A stretch of 64,000 nucleotides of DNA. Origin: Glycera tridactyla. Taxonomy: Eukaryota. The stretch spans positions 59,644,001 through 59,708,000 of the forward strand of contig OZ286459.1 in the NCBI GenBank assembly GCA_965644265.1, in the 5' to 3' direction. Made by a program: the position numbers and the translations under genes. The notes below the pieces were generated by a model. The model saw only the letters and a program-made list of their open reading frames with translations. It made no database searches and was not told the origin of the DNA. Shown here piece after piece: positions 36,922-48,584 of this stretch (position 1 is the stretch's first letter; each line of letters opens with the position of its first letter).

Positions 36922-37612
36922 CAGTAAAACCTGTCTTAAGTGAAAAGTCATGTGCCGATTTTTTTTTTCCCACTTAAGACAGGATTTCAATTAGCGCAGG
37001 ATTTCACTACTGGTTGACCGATATGATAACAAATAACAAATAACACTTCATTTTCGTATCAGAATCTTCTATATTATCACATCCACATGTCCCGAAGCAC
37101 ATATGGAACACCCAAATATCACAGAATCGATCACAAATCACAAAAAAATAGGGTGAGCTGATGTCAACTTCGCTTTTCGCGCGAATCTAGACTTGCTCAC
37201 ATTACGGAGATGGGGGGGGGGGGGGGGAACACCGTGAACTTCGCTTTTCGCGCGAATCTAGACTTGCTCACATTGTCAGAGAGACAGGGGGAGCTGCGAA
37301 AAACCGTGAACGCAGTCATCGCACCTAGCGAAGCAGAGGACTGCCTGAGAGAGGCTCGGATTCGTGAGCGAGATCATCGCTGATTTCCCAGCGGAACTTG
37401 TAGAATGACTCACTCGTGAGTTTCGATGTCAACTTTGCTTCTCACCTAATACAGGTTGGTCGGCCACGCGGGACCGAAAATGCCGTTCCGTTGTTCGCGT
37501 TTTTGCTTAATACAGGTCGATTATAGTGAAAAAACGTTTGGGCGGACCTTGGGGTATGCGCTTAAGACAGGATTTCGCTTAGCACAGGATTACGCTCGAG
37601 CAGGTTCTACTG
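36922..37612 (+). mobile_element. 691-bp longer member of the same CAGT MITE family
   Basis: Shares both ends with the 177-bp copies; TA TSD; internal direct repeat of about 40 bp (AACTTCGCTTTTCGCGCGAATCTAGACTTGCTCACATT) at about 37167 and 37235. Confidence 0.85.
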
Positions 37613-38199
37613 TACATATAGCCAAAGACATACATCAGGAATTGTATAACAATGTGAGGTTGCATACACATACTCAGTTGATAGCACAGGAGGCATGTAA
37701 CTTCTTGTGAATTGATTCACCACATGTTGAGTATATCTTTGTGCAGTCAAACCTGTTCTAAGCATTCTGCCAAATGGAGATGGTATTTGAAATTATCCTA
37801 CTACAATTGGAAATACTATAGAGACATTTTTGGTAAACAGGTTGCAGTGGGAGAATAGGCTATTAGCCTAATGATATACTTTGTGTGTGTACATTTTGTA
37901 TTTTACCACCCTTTACTGTATTCTGCCTGTCAAAATAAAGCTACTGTCTTACTGTAGATGTGAATGTGCATGCTTCATACAGGTGAATTCATGTAAAATA
38001 CTATGGCAGAAGAAATACAACGATGTTGCTTTGGGATTTTTGCCTGTTACGCTATATGCTTTGGACCAGTCTGACTGACCTTGATTTCATACAAGAAAGA
38101 TACATTTGATGGGTTGTGGGAGTTTAATTCACTATATGGACTTGATTGGATGGAGACATTTGGAAGAGGATATAAAGGAAATGTTTGTGTCTTTACTAG

Positions 38200-38336
38200 C
38201 TCCGCGAGCAGCCGTAGCTCCGCAGAGAGCCGCAGCACCAGCAGGAGGAGGCCTAGTACGACCCGCGGCCAAGACACAGGGAAGTCCTGGTGGTGATGCA
38301 TCACAACAGAAGGTGATCAATGAGCTCACAGCACAG
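38200..38336 (+). CDS. MAPRE1: EB1/MAPRE coding exon 5 (linker APRAAVAPQRAAAPAGGG...KVINELTAQ)
   Basis: Ala/Pro-rich linker leading into the coiled coil; acceptor gtctttactag, donor cag|gtaatg; 137 nt, phase 1 to 0 keeps the frame. Confidence 0.92.
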
Positions 38337-38851
38337 GTAATGTCATGCTATCTTGACTACTTGAAAGTGTTTCCTGGCCTCTAATGACAATAATAATGAT
38401 AATTACAAAAGCAACAAAGTCCAAAATGGCACAGGAAGTAACAGAAAATGAGGCCACGTGAGATGGTCAGCTTATATTTACAATGTGGTTGCTTCAGAAA
38501 TGCACCATCAATAGGCAATGTGTCTCCTCGAAGTGCTCAACTGTAGCAGAATTGACCTTAATTTGTGGAGGTTTGATTGATTTTGATTTAACCATTTCAC
38601 TTTGTACGAAAACAATCACATTCAAATATGAACACTTTTTCAGTTTCATTGAAGAAATTGTGCATAAGGAACATACAAGTGTTATAGTTTTATCATAAGT
38701 TCACATCTACTAACACGACCAACAATTGCTTGTATATGCTCCAAAAGGATGATTTACCGTTAATTAATATCTACCATATTGCAGTGTGCCTTCATAGCTC
38801 AGACTGATGACTTGTCTTTGTGCTACATGTGCTCTCTTCTAATTTTTGTAG

Positions 38852-39004
38852 CTGGAAGATTTGAAGTTGACAGTAACTGGTTTGGAAAAGGAGCGAGATT
38901 TTTACTTCGGCAAGTTACGCGATATTGAAGTATTGTGTCAAGAAAATGAAGGAGACGAAGTTCCTGTGTTGAAAAGTATTTTGGATATTCTATATGCAAC
39001 AGAG
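38852..39004 (+). CDS. MAPRE1: EB1/MAPRE coding exon 6 (EBH domain, LEDLKLTVTGLEKERDFYFGKLRDIEVLCQ...ILDILYATE)
   Basis: Conserved LEKERDFYFGKLRDIE motif; acceptor tttttgtag, donor gag|gtgagt; 153 nt, phase 0 to 0. Confidence 0.98.
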
Positions 39005-39625
39005 GTGAGTGACAGGTGTACCCTGAATCCTGGAAAATTCCCAGATCAAATTCCAGGACTGAAAAGGGAGACAATATCCTGTGATTTGTTGAAATTTCAT
39101 GATTTTGTGGTCTGGAGATATGACTAGAAATGTGGCATTGGAGATTGGTATGATTGCTGCTATGTCTCACCTCTGAAACAGTGGTGTTCTGTGGGCCTCT
39201 CATTTGTTTGGAATAGTCGTGCATGGATGAATGACAATGACATAGACTTTATTTTACCTGGTGATAGTAGCAACATTCATGGCAGAAAATACATTTAAAA
39301 TACAAAAATACCAGCAAGTGCTGATCTCGGCTACGACCAGTCTTCATATATCATCGAGACATCATTATACATATGAATATTAATACCATATGATCCGGGT
39401 TCTGGGGAAGATTCAAACCAACTGGTTATGTGAACATCAGTAAGAATGGTATGTTTAGTGGGAGATGGAGTGAATTAAGCTAATATGGTGCTAAAGCACC
39501 AATCAATGGCTATAACGGACAAACATCAAGTCCTCAAAATACAGAGTTTCGGTAGTTAGATTGAGAGGTAGCACACAGATCAAATTCCATGGGCACAAGT
39601 GGAACTCTACCAGGATTTAACTATT

Positions 39626-41000
39626 TTACTGTAACATGAAAGGAACAGGCCTATGCTTCCAGTAGTTGTTCTTGAATATATTGAGACTGCGAGATCTACG
39701 CAACTCAGTATCCAAGCTGTTCCAGACCCTGGCTCCATTTACCAGAAGGGATCTTCCTCCAAGACAGGTCCTAGTTCTAGGTATAACAAAGTCATCATTT
39801 GTAGCTGATCTAGTGTTGTGGTCATGAGTAAATGACACAGTATCAAACAAATTCACAAGCAGATCAGACTTGATCAAGCCATACTTTATCTTGTAAATAA
39901 AGACAGCATATTGGAAGTTTCTGCGCTCATTGAGTGTGAGTTGCTTCATATCTACATGCAGCTGACTTGCAGAGCAATATCTATCCGATAAGCTGATCAA
40001 TCTCAACCCTCTGTTTTGGAGCACCTGTAGTCTTGACAAATTGTTGACAGATGTTTCACCATATATTATGTTACCAAAATCAAAATGGGGTTCGATGAGA
40101 GCCTTGTACAACATTAGACACACCTTATGGTCTATAAACTTCCTAACTCGGCTCAGCCCTGCTAATCTCTTCTTGGTTTTTCTAGTAATGTGGTCAACAT
40201 GATGATTAAAGTTCAGGACAGAGTCAAGATGAATACCAAGGTATTTGAAAACAAAAACTGGCTCAATGCTCTCATTGTTCATATATAGTTCCAGAGTCCT
40301 ATTACCTCTATATGCAACAGAGTGAAATAACATAGATTTGGTCTTTTTTACGTTTAAAGTGAGCTTATTCGCACGCAGCCAGTACTCAACGTTCCGCAAA
40401 TCATATTGAAGTTGAGTTTCAACAATATGTATATTATCACCGGTATAGTACAGAACAGTGTCATCAGCATACATTGCAACCTTGCTATTGGTGATACTCT
40501 GGCTCAAGTCGTTGATATATGCTATAAACAAAAGAGGTCCCAGAATGGACCCCTGCACTCAATATTTTCCATGGTGGATAGTGCTGACCTAAATCTAGTG
40601 CACTGTTTACGATTCATCAAATAATTGCGGAACCAGGCGCTGACACTGCCAACCACCCCGTACTGCCGAAGTTTGTCCAGCAGAATGGCATGGTCGACAG
40701 TGTCAAACGCCTTCTTCAAGTCAAGGAAAACCATACCCGCCACTTGCTTCCTGTCAATACCTAGATACACATCATTAAGAATCGATATGGTACACGCTGT
40801 GGTGGAATACCCTTCACGAAAGCCAAATTGACTTGGAGAAAACAAATTGTTACCGTCTAGAAATCCATAAATCTGGTTATGCACAAAGCGCTCTAAAAGT
40901 TTACCCATAACTGGCAGCACAGAAATAGGCCTATAGTTGCCAATGTTGTCACGCTTACCTTCTTTAAATAGGGGGGGGTAACACATGCTGTCTTCCAGTC
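39626..41000 (-). pseudogene. LINE ORF2 C-terminal part: RT domain with two frameshifts
   Basis: DWKTACVTP / LFKEGK..NYRPISVLP..KLLE, FLDLKKAFDTVDH, QGSILGPLLF, YADD, KYLGIHLD. Frameshifts at a C8 homopolymer (about 40971-40978) and about a 10-nt loss before QGS (about 40555). Confidence 0.93.
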
Positions 41001-41002
41001 TA

Positions 41003-43950
41003 CTGTGTATTCATTTTCAGATGAACCTTTTGGGGCGGGCTCACTTTTAGGGGTGACAGGCATGAGGTCAGCAGCTGCACGACATCCAGTCACAACACAC
41101 CCCTGCTTGCCAATCATGCCCCCCACACTGTGTACAAACAATTCCACGTGGATTGGGCATTTAAACACATAAGCTTTAGAAATGATTCTCATTTTCATAT
41201 TTTACCTTTTTGTGGTAAGTATTTGGGAGGCAGGATTGAAGACCCATGTTACCCTTTAGAAATTATTGTCACACTCAGGATACAGCTTTGAAGTGTAACC
41301 AACCCCCAACATATGGGGCTTGTAGGACTGATTTATGCCCTACCATTTGGTTAGGTGATAGTTTCCCAAGGGTTGCCATCATGAAGTTGCCATCATGAAG
41401 GAAGGAAATGATGGTAGTCAGGCTCATACAACTAATGTTGGAATCAACAGTACATGCCCTTTACTTTGACATCATGATGTTAACCCTTTCTTTGCCTGAA
41501 AGTGCATCATGAGTATGTTGTTATTGATTATGGAGAAGAGAATTTGTGTAATCATGCAGCTGGTTATTGGAATAACCAATGAAAGTCGAATATGTATGTG
41601 TGTTTGTGGGGGGGGGGGGGGGGGGGGGGTCATTTCTCAGCATTAGGATATATTGGTTTATATCAGGTAATGAATGCTGACTGGATTCCAGTTGTTGAAG
41701 GCATGGATCTTGAAGGGTCCTTGCTGTAGATCAGTTGTTGGCATGTTTTACAGTCTTGTCATCACCTTTGGTGTGAAGTAGACAAATGTCATATGGCATA
41801 TGTTTGTTCATTTCTTGTGGGGAAGGGATGATTTCAAGGAAGGTCTATAATTTTGAGCCTCATATGAACATAATTACTGATGGTTTAATTTGAAATAGAG
41901 AAAGTAAACATCCAACTGGACCCTGAAAATGTTAATCTCCCCATCTATGTTGCAAGTTAAGCAATAATTTCAGCATTGCATACAGTCTGTTAACATTTAT
42001 ACACCATGAAATCTACACCTCAACCCCTTCCCAACCAACACCAAGAGAAAAAAGAGAGCCACCATGCATGTCCTCATGGGTGGCCTGACCAGGCCAGTCT
42101 TGGTCAGTTCATATTCTAACTGTCTTCATGATCACATTGTGGAGTTTTTCACTCACACTCAGCAATTGGATTTCACTCTATATGATGTCTTCAAGTAAAG
42201 GAAAGACTTTGAGCAGTCAAGCGAGGCAACTTGTCTTTCATGCCTCAAACTACTTCAAGGAGGAGAATGCCTGTGGATTACCAATATTACCAGCTCAGCA
42301 AAAGAACTGGATGAAGCGTACATCTAAATGTTTGGGTATCAGTGAGTCCACAGTAAAACGGATACGGAAAGAGGGAAATGATTTGTATCTCGATCAACAT
42401 TTCACAACACCAGGGAAGAAAAGATGTCGAAAAAAGACAAAAACAGACATTGATGATTTCGACAAAGATGTGATCCGCCGACAAGTGCATGACTGCTTCC
42501 TTGAGGGGATTGTGCCTTCCTTGGACAAATTACTACCTCGTGTTCGGGAGAATACCAATTTCACTGGAGGTCGTACCTCTTTATACAAAATATTGCGTAG
42601 CCTCGGCTTCAAATTTGTCAAGTCGAATGGAAGACAGTTCCTCATGGAACGAGGTGATATTGTTGCAGCTCGACATGCATACCTAAGGAGAATGCGTCAA
42701 AATAGAAACAACGATAATCCACGGCCAGTGATTTTCCAGGATGAGACATGGCTGAATGCTGCTCACAGTGTTAAAAAATGCTGGCAAAATCCTGACCGGC
42801 GAAGACAGGAAGAAGCTGTAGGATTGAAAGTGCCCACAGGAAAAGGAAGCCGTTTGATAATCAACCATGCTGGTTCTATCCATGGTTTTATTCCCAATGG
42901 ACTCCTCATGTTCAAAGCCAAGAGTAAGACAGGGGATTACCACGATGAGATGAATGGGGACAATTTCAAGCGATGGTTCCACAATCAATTGCTTCCAAAT
43001 ATTCCTGACAACTCGATCATAGTCATAGACAATGCCCCTTATCATAGCATGCAGCTTGATAAAGTACCAACATCAAACAGTCGAAAAGAAGAGATGACCA
43101 ACTGGCTCCAGAGAAATAACATCAACTATCCAGCTGACAGCCTGAAAGTGGAGCTATATCAACTCATTAAAGAGCACCGACCCCATAACAAGAAATATGA
43201 AATAGATAAAATAGCAGCAGACCATGGACACCAAATAGTCCGACTTCCACCGTATCACTGCGACCTCAACCCAATTGAGCTGATATGGGCTAATATCAAA
43301 AACCGGGTGGCAAGAAAAAACACAACATTTGTGATGAGTGATGTCGAAAAACTGTGCAGGGAGGCTGTTGCCAACATTTCTCCACAGGACTGGCAGAATG
43401 CTGTTGACCATGTGGAAAAACTGGAAAATGAGTACTGGGATAAGGATAACCTTATTGAAGATCGCATTGGCCAGTTCATCATAAATATTGGTGAAGACAG
43501 TGATTCTGAGATGAACCTCTCTGATGGTGAGAGTGAAGATGGAATAAGTGATGATGATGATGATGATGCTGGTGGTGGTGATGATGAAAATGATGATAAT
43601 AGCTTTGACTTAGGATGCCAACCACTCCAACTGAATTAGGTGAGAAATTTTATTTCATTTTATGACACACACACACTATGTGTGCATACAGACTTACTTG
43701 CATTTGTACCCATACACATGCAAGTATGCCAGCCCCCCCCCCCCCCCCCCCCCAACACACACACACACACAGCTTACACTCACCCACGTGTACCATACCA
43801 CATGTTGTGACTGCATCTCGAGTGGCACCACCATGACCTGACCTGATTCCCCCACCAGGCCCAGCGACATTGGCTGAGGCGGCCATAAATCTCTTTTATG
43901 TACGGGAAATGCGACCCGCCCATCGAGCTCAAGATATAGTGAATAGACAA
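41003..43950 (+). mobile_element. Sailor (DD82E) IS630-Tc1-mariner DNA transposon, 2948 bp, nested in the LINE RT
   Basis: TA duplication at 41001-41002 and 43951-43952; removing the element rejoins RT as GIIPL-DWKTACVTP; termini CTGTGTATTCA / TGAATAGACAA (11 bp, 2 mismatches), degenerate to about 40 bp including GGGCGGG. Confidence 0.9.
42128..43639 (+). CDS. DD82E transposase (Sailor-type), uninterrupted ORF with acidic tail
   Basis: HTH-like N-terminus; catalytic FQ-D-ETW, VI-D-NAPYH, LPPYHCDLNPI-E; I count exactly 82 residues between the second D and E. The likely start is MMSSSKGK (about 42182). Confidence 0.92.
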   Translation: MITLWSFSLTLSNWISLYMMSSSKGKTLSSQARQLVFHASNYFKEENACGLPILPAQQKNWMKRTSKCLGISESTVKRIRKEGNDLYLDQHFTTPGKKRCRKKTKTDIDDFDKDVIRRQVHDCFLEGIVPSLDKLLPRVRENTNFTGGRTSLYKILRSLGFKFVKSNGRQFLMERGDIVAARHAYLRRMRQNRNNDNPRPVIFQDETWLNAAHSVKKCWQNPDRRRQEEAVGLKVPTGKGSRLIINHAGSIHGFIPNGLLMFKAKSKTGDYHDEMNGDNFKRWFHNQLLPNIPDNSIIVIDNAPYHSMQLDKVPTSNSRKEEMTNWLQRNNINYPADSLKVELYQLIKEHRPHNKKYEIDKIAADHGHQIVRLPPYHCDLNPIELIWANIKNRVARKNTTFVMSDVEKLCREAVANISPQDWQNAVDHVEKLENEYWDKDNLIEDRIGQFIINIGEDSDSEMNLSDGESEDGISDDDDDDAGGGDDENDDNSFDLGCQPLQLN

Positions 43951-45459
43951 TAAAGGGATAATACCATTAATGAGAGACATGTTCAGTATGTGAGCCACAG
44001 GTATACAAATTTCACTAGCTGCAGTTTTCAGAAATGAAGGGTAAATACCATCAATTCCAATGGATTTACCACTCTTCATGCTAGCAAGTGCCTTCCTGAC
44101 TTCATCAATAGATACTCTGTCAAAGCTAAACATATGGCCAACACTCTGAATATCTGGAAGGATGCCTCTGTTCGTGTCAGGTATCATTCCAGCCAGTTTT
44201 GCACCAACAGAGCAGAACACTTGATTGAATTCATTGGCTATGCCCTGCGGTTCAGTTTTACCATTAATGGTCAAAGAAGAGGGTAGATTACTAGACGACT
44301 TCTTGGGGATAAGTAACGATATAATCTTCCAAAGTCTACGGATGTTACCTTGACAGTCGTTGATACTTGTCTCGATAAAATTTTTCTTAAGACCATTACC
44401 AAGGCTTGTGGTTTGATTTCTCAGTCTTCTATATAGGAAATGATCCAAACTATTGCGTGTACGTTGGAATTTTCTTTTAGCATTGTCCCTAGCATCACAG
44501 AAAGACAAAAATTCATTGGTCACCCATGGGGGCGGTCTTCCTCGTACCTTTATCATTCTAAAAGGACAACATTCGTCACAGATTCTCAGGAAAATATCCT
44601 TGAAATTTGTCCAAGCTAAATTAGCATCAGATTCTTCTAGATCAGTTGTCCAATCAGATTGCGCTAGTCGCGTCCTAAAAGCATCAGGGTCAAGTTTCCG
44701 AAAGCTTCTAGCCCTAATATATCTTGCAGGATTTTTTTGTTTAACAAATTTTCTTTGAACAAATATTAAGTTATGGTCTGAACAGCCAAGTGTATAGTTA
44801 CCAACCGCAGATATCATTTCCTCTCTATTGGCCATGATCAAGTCAATACAGGTTGCTGAGTTGATAGTAACTCTGGTGGGAGAATCCAAGTATTGTGATA
44901 ACAGATGTGATTCCAAAAATTGATTCAGAAGTTTACGACTAGGACTTTGTTTATTCAAGGCATCAATATTGCAATCTCCCAGAATCAAAACCTCAGGGTT
45001 ATTATGCAGGTTATGCATGTCCAATATACTTTCAAGTTTTAATAAGAATGATTGTACATTACCATGAGGTGGCCTATAGCAGTTTAAGCAGAGGATAGGT
45101 CTTGAATTTGGTAAAGAAATTCTAATTCCAATCATTTCTAGATCAACATCATTGTTACACAGGATGGGCAAGTGGTCAAAGAGAATATCATCCCTAACAT
45201 AAACAGCAACACCTCCCCCACTCTGTCTTACTATATGGTCTGCTCTGTCTTGTCTTATCAAACAATACCCAGGAATTTCCATTTCAAGATCATCAATATC
45301 AGAGTCCAGATTTGTCTCGGATATCCCCAGAATATCAAGTTTGCCCAAGAGTAATAATCGCTTGATTTCATCAATCTTATATCTGATACTACATATATTA
45401 ACATGTGCAATAACCAACCCACTAAGGGTGGCCAAGTTGGAGAATTCAATATCAGACAT
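43951..45459 (-). CDS. LINE ORF2 N-terminal part: APE endonuclease and start of RT, cut by the Sailor insertion
   Basis: APE motifs HVNICS, GISET, YRPP, GDCN, PTR...CIDLI, SDH; RT start KSIGIDGI..FLK. Ends at NGIIPL; the remaining 57 aa of the track ORF (43780-43950) read into the transposon. Confidence 0.93.
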
Positions 45460-45582
45460 GTGTGAGATATGACCAGAGCCCTCTCAGATACAGCATAGCC
45501 ATGTTGGTATCCATTATATAGCAGGGAAGTTTGCATATAACTAGAGAAACTTTTATAACAGTCGGGATACAGAATGAGATAT

Positions 45583-47252
45583 GGTACTGTCTCTAAAGGT
45601 GGTGATCGCGCCTAAGATAAAATGTCCAAATCAGTAAAACAACTGCCATTACAAACCATGAGAATATAATTGCACCAACTCTTCAAAAAATAAGACAGAA
45701 CATATTTCTCTGTCATATGCTTGAATTTCAAGATGATATCTCAATGGAAACTATCATTTATCAGATGTCAAAGTGCGAAAATAACCCTAAAATTGGCTAT
45801 TTTGACGAACAATCATCAACTCTATTATTTAAAAAAATCATATCCTGGCATCAGAACAACACAACCCCACAAATTTGGTGTAAAATGAAAGAAAACCATC
45901 ATGTCCACACATATTTTCTACCTGTGCTCCTGCCAAACCCTTCATCTGGAAAATATCAGTGAATGAAGGTGTTGTAACTAATTTGGGTATTTTTGTTACA
46001 ACACCAGTGGCATTCCATCTGGTATTTTGGGCAAATGATATTCTGCCAACAAAGTATCCTTTATCAAGGTAATCACCCATCTTGAATCATTTCAAAAAAA
46101 CAGGCAAAAATTCCATTTATATACTGATTGAGATGATTTCAAACATAATGTCCTAATTTTTTTTGTTACAACACCAAAATTTGACCCCCTGTCCAATCCA
46201 TGGAACCAAATTCATGTAACATACATGTCTTACACATTCCTTTTCTCCTCAATGCCATATATGTGTTAAAAGCAAAAGAGAATCAGAGCACCGATAAACA
46301 AACGATTTTATCACACTATATAAATAAGGTGTCCAAATATGTCCTGTGTTACAACACCGGTTGTAACCTGGACTGTCCTGTTTACAAAACAGACTTTAAT
46401 CCCTTCCCTGTGTTGAAACAGCCATTTCTCAACAATCTGATCTCATGATGGATTGAATGATACCTTAGGGATGATTTATACAAAATTCTGGTGTAACATA
46501 CAATGAAATGTGGCAGATATGGCACTGTCCACTTACAACACCATACTACTTGATTTTTATAATGATTTCATGCAGGTTTTTCTTATCTCTGTGCCTGGAT
46601 TGTTCACAGAAGTGATATAACATTGAAGATATTATCCAGAGAGAGGAGAACCTGAAGAAATATGGAGGAACCAGTGAGAGGGACTCTCCAATAAAGCAAG
46701 ATGTGAAAATAATATATGTGTTGTAACTAGGACATGATCTTGCAGTGGGGCTCACCAGATTCCATGAGGAACTGGGTGGCAAGTCAGTACTCCAAAATTA
46801 GCAGTACTTCCATACACATTCTGATGTAGCATTATGATTGCCTCAGTAGCTTTTTTCTATTTTTTATACCCAATCAAAGCTATTATGTCCTGTTACAACA
46901 CCAGACTTTTTGTCTTGCATGCATCCAGGTAGAAAATCTTTTAACAGAGCTGGTTCTATCATAAGGTCGGCGTATGAGACCAAGTTACAACGTATCAAAA
47001 TAGTGATCAGCTCAATGCATAATTGAAGCTTGCACAACTGTTTTTTCTCAAACTGGCAAAAAGTGTTACAACACCAAACTTTTGATAATTGCGTGTATAT
47101 GTTTAAGGGATACAGGGATTCAGTGTTCCTATGACCAGAACCTGATGTCCCAGGCTAAGGGTACCAACACCTGATGGAAGTTTATTGAAAAAAATGAAGT
47201 TTAAAATTTGGCCCTCTGAGAGCATTCGATCACCACCTTTAGAGACAGTACC
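45583..47252. mobile_element. Non-autonomous TIR DNA transposon, 1670 bp, in the LINE inter-ORF spacer
   Basis: Perfect 26-bp TIR GGTACTGTCTCTAAAGGTGGTGATCG (45583-45608 / 47227-47252), flanked by ATAT on both sides; internal dispersed GTTACAACACC motifs; no transposase ORF seen. Confidence 0.88.
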
Positions 47253-48584
47253 ATATGGTAAGTTTTCGATGTATAGTAGAGGAGCTTGGAGCAGGAACTA
47301 TTGGTCGACAAGTAGTAGTAGTTAAATATCCTTAACCTGGTCATAGTTAAGGAGAAAAGAGAAATTATAAGTAGAGTAGGGAGTACACAGGTGAGTACCC
47401 GAGTTCCCAAAATCTCATATTCTCAATTAGCCACATACCACATCAGGATCACATATATTCGCTACTAACAGCACAAAGAACATTCACACCCATTCTGTTT
47501 GCAGCCCATGCATACGTTGTATTATCTTATAGTTGCAGAATTAGCAGTACCCCAATTATAATAGATCATATACACACAGTAAACATACGCTTACACATGT
47601 ATACATTTACCAGCTAAAGTATAGTTGCTGTGCAGGACACAGTTACTTATATGGTCACTGCTGGAACTCTCCTATATAGTCATTGGGGGGGGGGGGGGGG
47701 GGATCGAGCAGCATATTGCTGTATAGCAGGATATAGCTAATAATAAAATTTTTATATAAACTTAAATAAAGTGAACATAAGTAGAATGTACAGGGCAGAT
47801 GCCAAAGAAATCCCACTCCGAAACTGACGAACGCCTCGTATTACACAGCAGTGCAAATGAAGTAGTCAGAAACTCACCAATTCCGGGCCAGTACTCCTCT
47901 AAAATTCACCTAATTGTCGTCAAACACGCAGATGTTAGTTCACAAAGTATTTCAGCGCTAGAGATTCCTTCCAGTTCATCTGATAGTATTGTGGACTTTT
48001 AGAAATTCAGCAAAGATCGATGTTCGCATTGAAAAATATAGACGGCCTCAGCCATACTGCTTCCTGTACAGGTAGCCGACATGTAGAGAGACACGCAAGC
48101 TGATTGGTCGAGAAAGTCACGTGCTCAACGCCATCCAATCATCGGTCACGACGGCCTCTTTGGGATCGTTCAATTGTTTTTTACCGCTATCGTTACGATG
48201 TATTTTGCGAGAAAGTAGATCCATCAAGGAATATCATATAATTACATTAAAGTTGCTGCCAAAGCTAAATTTGCCCTAAGAGACATTTTCCGACATTATT
48301 ATACTATTATCGGTGTATTATAGCGGTCGAAAGCCATCCGGTTGATATGGGTATCCTTCGCGTGTTTCAGAGTGGCCGGGGGGTGGGGCGCACAGCTGGC
48401 GTGTGAATAAACAGATACCTATGACATTCATGCAGACATTCCACAATCGATTTTCGATGGTTAATTTTCTCCTGGTGAAAAATATACGATATGAGGCAGT
48501 GTAGAGACTAAATACTAAAGCAGATTAAAAAACTGAAAACAATATGAAATGCAACAAGATTTTGGAAGCTGTCAGAGAGTGTAA

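Noticed and set aside
37959-37983. 25-nt cassette exon before exon 5
   Set aside because: Plausible AG/GT but frame-shifting and with no supporting feature.
39004-43639. In-frame EB1-transposase fusion protein
   Set aside because: The acceptor at 42162 is phase 2 relative to the transposase frame while exon 6 ends in phase 0; the splice gives a stop after 11 codons.
43780-43950. Novel C-terminal extension of the 559-aa EN-RT ORF
   Set aside because: It is read-through into the reverse strand of the Sailor right end; the real ORF2 continues at 41000.
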